This document shows positions 48,726 to 56,956 of a stretch of 64,000 nucleotides of DNA, piece after piece. The notes beneath the pieces were generated by a model. It worked only from the letters and a program-made list of their open reading frames with translations. It was not told the DNA's origin and ran no database searches. Each line of letters opens with the position of its first letter. Positions within the stretch are counted from its first letter, which is position 1. The translations under genes and the position numbers were made by a program. The stretch spans positions 1-64,000 of IMG/VR virus record IMGVR_UViG_3300042455_001086, one strand, 5' to 3'.

Positions 48726-48819
48726 TTACGCAAGAAGACAGACAGGAATTAGTGTCGACAAATTTCCTTAGGCTATATGACCCATCTTCTTGTTAGGTTC
48801 GGTTAATTACTCCGAACTT

Positions 48820-48951
48820 TGCTGATTAAAAAGGATTCGAACCAGCGGTTTCAGATTGACATTGAGTACCACAATACTTGTTACTCCGATTTCACGTTCT
48901 TGACTCAATACGCTTCTTATTCAATCTTCCATACTCCCGTCCACCTGACTA
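48820..48951 (-). pseudogene. Degenerate tRNA-like element
   Basis: 5' AGTCAGGTGG and GGTTCGAATCC are retained; the acceptor is unpaired. Confidence 0.4.
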
Positions 48952-48978
48952 TTGTTTAACAAAGATATGTATTTTATT

Positions 48979-49776
48979 TCAATCTACCAAATATTTCTTA
49001 TCCCAATCTTCAATTTTTTTCAAAAGTTCATCAATTGTGATGTCTGATTTTTTATTTTTAGATATATTATCATTATGAATCATCAATCTACAATTTGCGG
49101 GATGAGATATGATTTTTGGATCAATATTATTTTTAAATCCTTCATTTACAGAATAAATATGATCCCTACTTATTCCACCTAAATTGTTACCCCTATTTTT
49201 AGGTTTATACCAACCATATTTCTCAATAAGAGAAAATTCAAATTCACTTGGGAAGTCGGACAAATTAAAATTAAATTTAGAGTCTTGTTTGTATTTGCAA
49301 TATTCCGTCATCAAATGTCTCTCATGTATCCTTCTACATTCAACGCAACAGAATTTATTGTTTCGTTTTTTAAAATTTAATGGTATATCACAATTACTAC
49401 ATTTACTTGGGTTTAATTTATAGTCGTTATACTCATCCAAAATACCTAATCTTTTAAAATTAGATTGGATTATATTTTGTTTACCTTCTTCGGACATATT
49501 ATATTTAAGTCCTTTTTTGTTTACCTGATTTATTACAGATTTACTACATTCTTTGGAACAATATAAATTAAGTCTATTTTCATAATCTATAAAATTTTCG
49601 CATTTTTTACATTTTTTAGGATTTTGTAAATATTTTTCCCTTGAGTTTTTTTTTAAACTTTCTCCTACTTTAGTGTAGTCTCTTAAATTTTTATTTACAT
49701 ATATATTTCTACAAGTTAAAGAACAATATGTATTTTTTTCTTTAATATCTTTACCACAATTTTTACAATTTTTCAT
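48979..49776 (-). CDS. Zn-finger HNH homing endonuclease in the tRNA cluster
   Basis: CxxC..YCS..C repeats; SRDHIYSV..HPANC..N..K. Confidence 0.8.
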   Translation of the reverse strand: MKNCKNCGKDIKEKNTYCSLTCRNIYVNKNLRDYTKVGESLKKNSREKYLQNPKKCKKCENFIDYENRLNLYCSKECSKSVINQVNKKGLKYNMSEEGKQNIIQSNFKRLGILDEYNDYKLNPSKCSNCDIPLNFKKRNNKFCCVECRRIHERHLMTEYCKYKQDSKFNFNLSDFPSEFEFSLIEKYGWYKPKNRGNNLGGISRDHIYSVNEGFKNNIDPKIISHPANCRLMIHNDNISKNKKSDITIDELLKKIEDWDKKYLVD

Positions 49777-49828
49777 ATAAGTATTTATATATAAATATCT
49801 GAATTTGTGGAAAAAGTGAATAACGAAG

Positions 49829-49905
49829 TGGAGGAGGTGGGACTCGAACCCACATAAAACCCTCTCGTTGCAAACGAGCCGCTCAGCCAATTGAGCTACA
49901 CCCCC
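49829..49905 (-). tRNA. tRNA-Ala(UGC)
   Basis: G3.U70; CTCG-TTTGCAA-CGAG. Confidence 0.88.
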
Positions 49906-49911
49906 AAATTT

Positions 49912-50120
49912 CCCCCTCCTGAGATTACAGAGGAGTAGTTAATTCGGTTTTTTCTGTTTCAAAAACCTGCGGGGCATCCCCCATAAAAAAGTCAGTTCTT
50001 ACTTGGGGGTGGGAGAACTTTCCGACCTTATTCCCAATGAGTACTCCGTCACGTAGTAGTACCAGCTCCGTTAAGTTTTTATGAAGAAAACTTAAAAACT
50101 TCGGGCATCTCTTTCCCATT
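49912..50120 (-). ncRNA. ~200-nt structured RNA sharing its 3' motif with the large ncRNA
   Basis: 13-nt identity with 41917-41929; bounded by tRNA-Gly and tRNA-Ala. Confidence 0.5.
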
Positions 50121-50123
50121 TTG

Positions 50124-50194
50124 AGCGGGTAGAGAGAATCGAACTCTCGTCTTCAGATTGGAAGTCTGAAGTAATACCATTATACGATACCCGC
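50124..50194 (-). tRNA. tRNA-Gly(UCC)
   Basis: TCAGA-CTTCCAA-TCTGA. Confidence 0.93.
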
Positions 50195-50409
50195 AAGTTG
50201 TGACAACTTTGGGTTGGTTGTCACATTTACGTGAATGAGGGGATCAATCCTACTAACATCACGGGTATAAGTTCGTCACATCAAACTATTACCAAAAACA
50301 ACGTCAGTTTTTATCCGACAAAACTGATTAAACGACCTGATCTCTTGTTACCCCCCTTTTAAGTGCGTGAACTCCTTCTCAAGTTGAACTCTACTGTATA
50401 CACTCCCAG

Positions 50410-50483
50410 TACCGAAGACGGGACTCGAACCCATAACCTTGACGATATAAGCGTCCTGCTCTCACCAATTGAGCTACGTCGGC
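50410..50483 (-). tRNA. tRNA-Ile(UAU)
   Basis: GACG-CTTATAT-CGTC. Confidence 0.85.
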
Positions 50484-50488
50484 ATAGT

Positions 50489-51115
50489 TTATTTTTTTCT
50501 TCTGTAAACCTCACCTTTATAGTGTTTATCAACAAATCTTTTTACTTGTGAATGTGTTAAACCTAAAATATCAGATACTTTTTTTACCCACCCATACGTT
50601 GTCATATCAACACCTTTAATTAAATCTAACCTTTCACTAACAATATCTTCAGTCAATTTATTAAAACCACCGAATTTATCACCCATTTTTTTTGCATTAT
50701 TAATTCTAAATTCTAAAGGTACCGATTCCCAAGTTTTTTTTCTTTTTTCTTTGTTATCCCACGAGCCGGCAATACTTCCATATTTTAATCCGTGTAACCG
50801 TCTTTTTTCTTCTGTCCAATAATTTTTATTTACATGATCAAAAGAACCTAAACCACCCAAAGAAATGTTATATGTGTTTTTATTAGTTACAAAACTTTCA
50901 TTAACTATTTCACTTTCCATCTGAAACATTTGTGTTGGGTTGTCGAATATTGCTAAATATTTTTTATCAAAGTTATTAATCCCGTATTTTTTAATAGCAT
51001 CTTTTATGTTTTTTCCAGAACCCATATACCCATCGTTAATATTATCAGTTTTATGTACACCAACATAAATCTTACCATTAACTTTATTTCTTATTTCATA
51101 AACTATGTATTTCAT
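50489..51115 (-). CDS. GIY-YIG homing endonuclease (Seg-like)
   Basis: YIVYEIRNKVNGKIYVGVH...YMGSG...E...YNISLGG. Confidence 0.88.
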   Translation of the reverse strand: MKYIVYEIRNKVNGKIYVGVHKTDNINDGYMGSGKNIKDAIKKYGINNFDKKYLAIFDNPTQMFQMESEIVNESFVTNKNTYNISLGGLGSFDHVNKNYWTEEKRRLHGLKYGSIAGSWDNKEKRKKTWESVPLEFRINNAKKMGDKFGGFNKLTEDIVSERLDLIKGVDMTTYGWVKKVSDILGLTHSQVKRFVDKHYKGEVYRRKK

Positions 51116-51378
51116 TTTGAACCTCCGTTTATATATAAATATAACGATAGTTCAAAAAATGTCAGTCTTTCCTGACCGTCACCCCTAACCCACAGGTATG
51201 AACCCGTATTGTAGTAAAGCTTGGTTAGCTATAAAGTAAGGATGAACACGGGCCTAGCAAGCCATCTTTCAGGAAAGGCCCTTCCACCTATTCATCCTAT
51301 TATTAAAAGTTTCGTTAAAAAGGTTTAGAAAACATACTTTTTTACAAAACCAAGATATTTATATATACACTTTTTAAT

Positions 51379-52062
51379 ATGAAAACACTATTCACAGAAG
51401 AAGAATATAAAAATTCAAAATCAACATCTAAATTACCTTGTGAATGTTTACTATGTAAAAAATCATTTCTTGTTGAAAAAAAACTAATAACTTATGAATT
51501 AAAAAATAATCGTAATCGTCATATCTATTGTTCTACCGAATGTTATTATAATGCTCAAAAAGTATTACCAATAATTTTTAAATGTAAAAATTGTAATTGT
51601 GAGTTTGACAGAAAAGAATCCTCAAATAAAAAAGATTCTTCTGGTAACTATTTTTGTTCTCAATCGTGTTCGACCACATTTAATAATAAAAACAAAACAC
51701 ACGGAAATCGACGCTCTAAACTTGAAATTTGGTTGGAGGACCAATTAAAAGTTATTTATCCCAACCTTCCAATCGACTTTAATAAAAAAGAAGTTATCGG
51801 TTCTGAATTAGACATTTATTTCCCAACACTTAATTTTGCAGTAGAATTAAATGGTATTTTTCATTATGAACCTATCTATGGTATAGATAAGTTAAATAAA
51901 ATCCAAGAAAACGACCAATCTAAAACTAAACTTTGTCACGATTTAAAAATAGACCTCTGTATTATTGATGTTTCGGAACAAAAATATGTCAAACCCTCAA
52001 CATCAAAAAAATACCTTGATATTATCACCAATATTGTCAATGAACGTTTGTTAATCTCTTAG
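51379..52062 (+). CDS. Zn-finger PD-(D/E)XK endonuclease, antisense to the tRNA operon
   Basis: CxxC/FCS..C; RSKLE..ELDIY..AVELNGIFH. Confidence 0.75.
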   Translation: MKTLFTEEEYKNSKSTSKLPCECLLCKKSFLVEKKLITYELKNNRNRHIYCSTECYYNAQKVLPIIFKCKNCNCEFDRKESSNKKDSSGNYFCSQSCSTTFNNKNKTHGNRRSKLEIWLEDQLKVIYPNLPIDFNKKEVIGSELDIYFPTLNFAVELNGIFHYEPIYGIDKLNKIQENDQSKTKLCHDLKIDLCIIDVSEQKYVKPSTSKKYLDIITNIVNERLLIS

Positions 52063-52118
52063 CCGGCTTTACCCGTTTCCAACAATCACCTCGTGGCGGT
52101 GGATTAACTCCGATTGTT

Positions 52119-52190
52119 TAGCGTGTTGTGGACTCGAACCACCCCGTAGACGTTATGAGCGTCCCATGCAACCAATTACACCTTCACGCG
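52119..52190 (-). tRNA. tRNA-Met(CAU), initiator-like
   Basis: C1xU72 mismatch; GGACG-CTCATAA-CGTCT; lacks the three consecutive G-C pairs. Confidence 0.75.
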
Positions 52191-52195
52191 ATATG

Positions 52196-52302
52196 TAGTC
52201 AAAGAAGGATTCGAACCTATCACGAGATAAGTGTGAAATTCACCTTATCCCAAGGACTTTTGAGTATTGTGTCCCAGCGTCTACCAATTCCGCCACTTGA
52301 CT
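52196..52302 (-). ncRNA. Leu(CAA)-like tRNA with a 13-nt anticodon loop and extended V-arm
   Basis: GGGAC-ACAATACTCAAAA-GTCCT. Confidence 0.6.
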
Positions 52303-52525
52303 GTTTTTTGTAGTTTAGTAGTTAGATTAAACTCTCGTTTCACTATCTTAATCTAACAGGTTGATACACTTAACGAGTTTCCCGTTTCTTACAACCACAA
52401 TATTTCTAATTTCAATGAACTTCCTTCCTTTTTCTGGAGGTGGGGTTACCATCCCTAACTTCCCCACCTCCGTTGTTTGTTTTACAAAGATATGAAGAAT
52501 TTTTTAATCTACCAAATCTTTTTTG

Positions 52526-52817
52526 TACTTGGAGCGGGAATCGAACCCGCACGGGCAAATGCCCACAGGATTTTCTTACCACTATAGTTTTCACTACCAA
52601 CCAAATTGTTGTTTGTGGTCTGGACTATACCTTAACCTTATCTTTTTAGACTTAGGTTCTCCGTGTCTAGTCTCTACACCTTACTCATTTCTGAGTCTTG
52701 GCTCGGTATTCCCATTTTAAAAGGTTCACCGAATTTACGGAGTTCTACTCAGAGGGTTTCCACTCTGGCACTCAAATTATATAAGTCCGGCGTGTCTACC
52801 TATTCCACCACCCAAGC
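52526..52817 (-). tRNA. tRNA-Leu(UAA) interrupted by a group I intron
   Basis: Exon 1 ends GGACTT and exon 2 begins AAAATCC; long V-arm. Confidence 0.92.
52575..52782 (-). mobile_element. Group I intron (IC3-like, 208 nt) at U^AA
   Basis: AAATTCGGTGAA (P), AATACCGAGC (Q), GTAGAGACTAGAC (R), GTATAGTCC (S), terminal G. Confidence 0.92.
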
Positions 52818-52900
52818 ATTTTACCAATATGTCAAAGAACCTTTGTCTTTTGTTTTACAAATATAAAAACTTTTTTTCAATTACACAATACCCTTAAACG

Positions 52901-52929
52901 AAAAAACCCCTCTTTTTTGGAGAGGGGTT
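52901..52929 (-). terminator. Attenuator terminator A
   Basis: AACCCCTCT/AGAGGGGTT stem plus U-tract. Confidence 0.85.
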
Positions 52930-52955
52930 CATTTTAATTTTGTATGTATAAAATA

Positions 52956-53024
52956 TTACACCCTCTTCTTAAAAGTTGCCTCAGCTAAATCGCCCCCTAT
53001 CAATAATATGTGTAAATTTTTCAT
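52956..53024 (-). CDS. Leader peptide A (22 aa) of tRNA operon A
   Basis: MKNLHILLIGGDLAEATFKKRV; follows ATATTTAT and precedes a terminator. Confidence 0.75.
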   Translation of the reverse strand: MKNLHILLIGGDLAEATFKKRV

Positions 53025-53091
53025 TTGCGGTTTTATTTGTTTTGTTATAAATATATGATACTTTTTAAAAGTGTCAAGTTATTTAATTATT

Positions 53092-53598
53092 TTAATCTTC
53101 AATACTATCAAGTAATTCCACAACAGCATCTACTGATTTTTCTAACGCCTTTAAATTTCTTATTGTTACATCATCTTCTACCAAATCTTCTAAATCCCTA
53201 ACTTTATCATAAGCAGATTCCAAGTCATTTAATATTTCATTAAGATCTATATCGTAATCTTCAAAATCACTTTTATGAAGTTTAACATCTTTTTCTTTAT
53301 AAGATTTAACTAATTGTTTAATAGTGCTTAATGTTTTTTTCATTTTAATAAAATCATCCATCAACCCTTCAGCAACTTTATATTGACTATGTTCAAAAGA
53401 ATCGCCTTTTATCATTGTTTTTAATTTACCAAATGCGATCATCATTCTACCAATACCATTGAATAATCCCATAGTAATGTTGTTTGCGGTTTTTCTGACT
53501 TTCAAATCTTTTTTTACACTTTCATAACCACCTTCGTTGATTACTCTTTTAACAATTCTTGTTAAATCTGATTCTGTTAATCTTATTACTTTTTTCAT
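53092..53598 (-). CDS. LTESDL-leader protein
   Basis: MKKVIRLTESDLTRIVKRVINE. Confidence 0.7.
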   Translation of the reverse strand: MKKVIRLTESDLTRIVKRVINEGGYESVKKDLKVRKTANNITMGLFNGIGRMMIAFGKLKTMIKGDSFEHSQYKVAEGLMDDFIKMKKTLSTIKQLVKSYKEKDVKLHKSDFEDYDIDLNEILNDLESAYDKVRDLEDLVEDDVTIRNLKALEKSVDAVVELLDSIED

Positions 53599-53767
53599 AA
53601 TGTTATTTAATTATTTTATTATTAAGTTTCCCCAAATGTTAATCATTTTTTTAATTTCATCTTCAGTATAAATATCAAATACTGGTAAATTTTTCATTTC
53701 TTTTTATTTATAATAAATATTCAACTTTTCAATTATTAATGTATTTATTGGTTAAATACATAATATT

Positions 53768-54277
53768 GTGAAACGAACAATAAGACTAACCGAATCTGAA
53801 TTAATTAATGTAATTCAACGAGTAATTGAAGAATCAAAAGGTGGAAATTTGATGGAAGATGTCAGACTTTTATTTGTCACAATGAATCTTTTTATTCCTT
53901 TAATTGAAAAAGATGGAAAAAAATCATTAGATTACAATGGTGAGATTAAATTTTCTATACCAAAAACTAAAATGGAACAAGACCCTAAAAAAACTGGTTC
54001 GTGGTGGGACGGAAAAAAAGTTAAAAACCTAAGTATTGACATCGCTGGTGATGAGAAATATATGATATTAAAAGAACTTACAAACGACACTAATCAAATT
54101 TCTGGTGTTGGTCCTAGGGTTAGTGAAATTGTTAGACCAAACTCAAATGGTTCATCTGCTCTTTTTGGTTTAATAGGTAAACAAATTGATGGTACAAAAA
54201 ACAAACGTACACAAGTTAATTTTAATGATGGTCTAGTATATGGTGTCGTTAATTTTATAGCAAAACCAACCCAGTAA
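53768..54277 (+). CDS. LTESEL-leader protein
   Basis: MKRTIRLTESELINVIQRVIEE (GTG start). Confidence 0.7.
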   Translation: MKRTIRLTESELINVIQRVIEESKGGNLMEDVRLLFVTMNLFIPLIEKDGKKSLDYNGEIKFSIPKTKMEQDPKKTGSWWDGKKVKNLSIDIAGDEKYMILKELTNDTNQISGVGPRVSEIVRPNSNGSSALFGLIGKQIDGTKNKRTQVNFNDGLVYGVVNFIAKPTQ

Positions 54278-54700
54278 CTAGGATGGTTTTATTATTTCAA
54301 AATTTGTCATAACATTTATTTCCGTTAATGAAGAATAAAAAACATAACGTGTAACGGATTCGTTTTTAATATCGGTGTTTACAATCAACCCATAATCAAA
54401 TCCCTCCTCCAAGATTTCAATTTGAAATTGTGTTTGGTTTAATTTAATTATATTGATAGGTAAAACTGAAACAAGTTTGCCGTTTCTGTAAAATGAGGAT
54501 GTTTTTTCATCAAAATCAATAAGATATTGAGTGTTTACAACATCATTTGACACCAAAGAAGAATTCTCTAATAAAACTTTAAGATTTTTTGACTCAGAAT
54601 ATGAGTAAAAGGTGTTTGATTCCTGAATTTTTATTATCAATTTTTGTGAGAATGAAAATGTCGAAATAAGTAAACCAACTAAAAGAATTAAATTTTTCAT
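54278..54700 (-). CDS. Secreted hypothetical protein
   Basis: Signal peptide ending SFSQ; host-type promoter at 54730. Confidence 0.65.
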   Translation of the reverse strand: MKNLILLVGLLISTFSFSQKLIIKIQESNTFYSYSESKNLKVLLENSSLVSNDVVNTQYLIDFDEKTSSFYRNGKLVSVLPINIIKLNQTQFQIEILEEGFDYGLIVNTDIKNESVTRYVFYSSLTEINVMTNFEIIKPS

Positions 54701-54782
54701 AAATTTTGTTTTTATATTAGTTATATCAACAAAGATATGTACTTTATTTTAATCTGCCAAATTTTTTTCAAACTTTTTTTTG

Positions 54783-54856
54783 TACCCCCAGCAGGACTCG
54801 AACCTGCAAAAATATGAGCCTAAATCATACTCGTATGCCAATTCCGACATAGGGGC
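54783..54856 (-). tRNA. tRNA-Leu(UAG), short variable loop
   Basis: TATGA-TTTAGGC-TCATA. Confidence 0.85.
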
Positions 54857-54868
54857 GTTTTTTTTTTG

Positions 54869-54953
54869 AGTAAGTGGCCAGATTCGAACTGACGTAAGAC
54901 TTTCGTCTATCGGTTTTGCAGACCGACGGTTTCAACCGCTCACCCACACTTAC
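54869..54953 (-). tRNA. tRNA-Cys(GCA) with a long variable arm
   Basis: TCGGT-CTGCAAA-ACCGA; U73; AGAC-GAAA-GTCT V-arm. Confidence 0.8.
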
Positions 54954-54956
54954 ATA

Positions 54957-55412
54957 TTAACGGCAGTGGTGATCTGCCGCTCTTGTTGCAATTTGATTAT
55001 GGGGTTTTATATTTGTTTTATACCCCAATGACATTGCCCATCCTGTTGCCGGTTGAACCAACTTTGAACTAAAATGTTTATCATCACTATTATAATCCAA
55101 ATCTATTTCAACTTTAACACTAACTTTTTGTGTTAGCCATTCAGCAACTTCAATTGAATAATCGGCCTCATTCCATAATCGTGTCCATTTGTCTTTTACT
55201 TTTTTCACTTTTTGTTTGTGGTAAATATAGTGGACACCTCTATTACCATACCTATATGCTATTGCAGTTACATAAACAGTACTTCTTCTATGATTTTGAG
55301 AATCAGTTCCTATGTGAACCTCAGCCCAGGGACAATCTTTAAGAATGTCTATTGTATGTTTTACAATGTCTGACACAGGTTCACCAGTGACTTTTCTGAA
55401 TACTCTGTTCAT
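54957..55412 (-). CDS. RNase H-like YkuK (DUF458) family protein
   Basis: IGTDSQ..YVTAI..RL..E...S...IDLD.N...A..AAD. Confidence 0.8.
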   Translation of the reverse strand: MNRVFRKVTGEPVSDIVKHTIDILKDCPWAEVHIGTDSQNHRRSTVYVTAIAYRYGNRGVHYIYHKQKVKKVKDKWTRLWNEADYSIEVAEWLTQKVSVKVEIDLDYNSDDKHFSSKLVQPATGWAMSLGYKTNIKPHNQIATRAADHHCR

Positions 55413-55434
55413 TTTAGTTAATTTTAATTGTTTG

Positions 55435-55509
55435 TGGAACCCAACCGATTCGAACGGTTACCTTCTGATCTTCAGTCAGACGTGACACACCTGCTTACAC
55501 CAGGGTTCC
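55435..55509 (-). tRNA. tRNA-Phe(GAA)
   Basis: TCTGA-CTGAAGA-TCAGA. Confidence 0.88.
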
Positions 55510-55515
55510 TTTTAG

Positions 55516-55587
55516 CGCAAAACTTCCGAGTCGAACAGAAATTTGATGGTTTGGAATCATCCGTGTTAGCCATTACACTAGTCTTGC
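55516..55587 (-). tRNA. tRNA-Trp(CCA)
   Basis: GATGA-TTCCAAA-CCATC. Confidence 0.85.
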
Positions 55588-55625
55588 AGTAGTGCCCGAC
55601 CTAGCTCGGGACCGACATCGGATTG

Positions 55626-55699
55626 TACCCCCACCAAGATTCAAACTTGGATAAAACATCTTAGAAGGATGTTGCATTATTCAATTATGCTATGGAGGC
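55626..55699 (-). tRNA. tRNA-Arg(UCU)
   Basis: ACATC-CTTCTAA-GATGT. Confidence 0.88.
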
Positions 55700-55881
55700 A
55701 AATAAAAGATGATAAATGACTTTATCAGGAATCTGGGATTCGTATTTCTACGACGCTTCACACACCATTAGAGAGTTGGGTTATTACATCAATACAATTA
55801 AGATTGAATACCTATCCTTAGTGTGTACCCTTGCGACACGTCTCTCCACGTCTGTCATTCTACGCTTTGTATCATCTTTTG

Positions 55882-55954
55882 TATCCTCGGAGAGATTCGA
55901 ACTCCCATCTTATGGTCCGTAGCCATAGGTTCTTCTCCGTTGAACTACGAGGAT
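55882..55954 (-). tRNA. tRNA-Arg(ACG)
   Basis: TATGG-CTACGGA-CCATA. Confidence 0.9.
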
Positions 55955-55960
55955 ATGTTG

Positions 55961-56034
55961 TGTGTATGATGGGTCACGATCCCATGGCCTCCACTTTCAC
56001 AGAGTGGTACTCTACCAACTGAGCTACATACACC
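55961..56034 (-). tRNA. tRNA-His(GUG)
   Basis: CCACT-CTGTGAA-AGTGG; T-loop AUCGUGA. Confidence 0.87.
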
Positions 56035-56040
56035 ATGTTG

Positions 56041-56108
56041 TCCCGTATGTTGGACTTGAACCAACCTCAAGTCGGATATGAGCCAACTTTGATCCCTGAT
56101 CATACGGG
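56041..56108 (-). tRNA. tRNA(CAU) Met with a minimal D-arm
   Basis: AGTTGG-CTCATAT-CCGACT; D-arm GATC-AGG-GATC. Confidence 0.7.
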
Positions 56109-56114
56109 TTGTTG

Positions 56115-56198
56115 CGGAAGACATTGGAATCGAACCAAATACCCGAAGGTACATCTCGCTTAGCAGGCGGACCCTATCGCCATCAAGGTTTATCTTCC
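56115..56198 (-). tRNA. tRNA-Ser(GCU), 8/4 fold
   Basis: GGAAGATA/TGTCTTCC acceptor; 4-bp T-stem. Confidence 0.82.
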
Positions 56199-56202
56199 GT
56201 AG

Positions 56203-56279
56203 TCGGCACAGTAGGAATCGAACCTACATGGGACCTATTAACCTTTCAACCGCGTATCAGGCGGAGGGTATATGTACCG
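56203..56279 (-). tRNA. D-armless tRNA-Ile(GAU)-like RNA
   Basis: CGGTACA/TGTGCCG acceptor; CCGC-CTGATAC-GCGG only 8 nt after the acceptor; canonical T-arm. Confidence 0.65.
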
Positions 56280-56447
56280 TGGTACGTATTTAGGGGTATT
56301 TCTTAACCACCCCCCTCAGCTCGTCAGCATCTCGGTGGTCGATACTTTAGTCGTGACGAACCCATCTGTCACTTCTTACTAGATTCTTGTGGCTTACTTA
56401 CCTAGGTTTAATCCGTTACCACTACAGGGAGCCCAACATTGTATCTT

Positions 56448-56523
56448 TGGCGGACAAGGTAGGGTACGATCCTACACCTTTCATATTAACAGTATGACGC
56501 TCTCCCAATTGAGCTACTTGTCC
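56448..56523 (-). tRNA. tRNA-Asn(GUU), encoded CCA
   Basis: TCATA-CTGTTAA-TATGA. Confidence 0.9.
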
Positions 56524-56527
56524 AGTG

Positions 56528-56608
56528 TGGAAGTGGTAGGGTTCGAACCTACACGCCTTTCGGACTTGATTTACAGTCAAGCGAGCCAGCCAATTGCTCA
56601 ACACTTCC
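56528..56608 (-). tRNA. tRNA-Tyr(GUA)
   Basis: CTTGA-CTGTAAA-TCAAG. Confidence 0.9.
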
Positions 56609-56614
56609 TTATTG

Positions 56615-56688
56615 TACACCCTACAGGGATCGAACCTGTGACCTGTTGTATGTAAAACAACCGCTACTACCATCTGAGCTAAGAGTGT
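56615..56688 (-). tRNA. tRNA-Val(UAC)
   Basis: GTTGT-TTTACAT-ACAAC. Confidence 0.9.
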
Positions 56689-56842
56689 GTAAAGATAATA
56701 CTTTTTTTTAATTATTCAGACATTTTCTGAATTTTTTTAAGAATCCCTTCGTTGGTACTCGTCGTTTCTATAGTCGTCACTTTCCCCGTTTTTGTTTTTT
56801 AAGTGTACTTCCCTACTGGGACTTGAAGTCAACACTTGTTTG

Positions 56843-56916
56843 TGTCCCCGGTGAGACTCGAACTCACACTCTTTCCATTAAAAGTGGAAAGCTTTAACCA
56901 GTTAAGCTACGAGGAC
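56843..56916 (-). tRNA. tRNA-Lys(UUU)
   Basis: TTCCA-CTTTTAA-TGGAA. Confidence 0.92.
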
Positions 56917-56956
56917 TTCTGTTTGTCATACTTGTCACTTTCCATAACACTTATTT

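Noticed and set aside
47089-48992. 33-bp dispersed repeat as a CRISPR repeat or att site
   Set aside because: It matches the -33/-7 Bacteroidota promoter and is irregularly spaced.
51164-51300. SRP RNA
   Set aside because: It lacks the conserved domain IV CAGG-GNRA-AGCA arrangement.
52310-52400. Hammerhead ribozyme
   Set aside because: GAAACGAG/CUCGUU is present, but there is no CUGANGA core or stem I.
53605-53700. Small ORF beginning MKNL as a third attenuator leader
   Set aside because: No downstream terminator or tRNA block and no informative codon bias.
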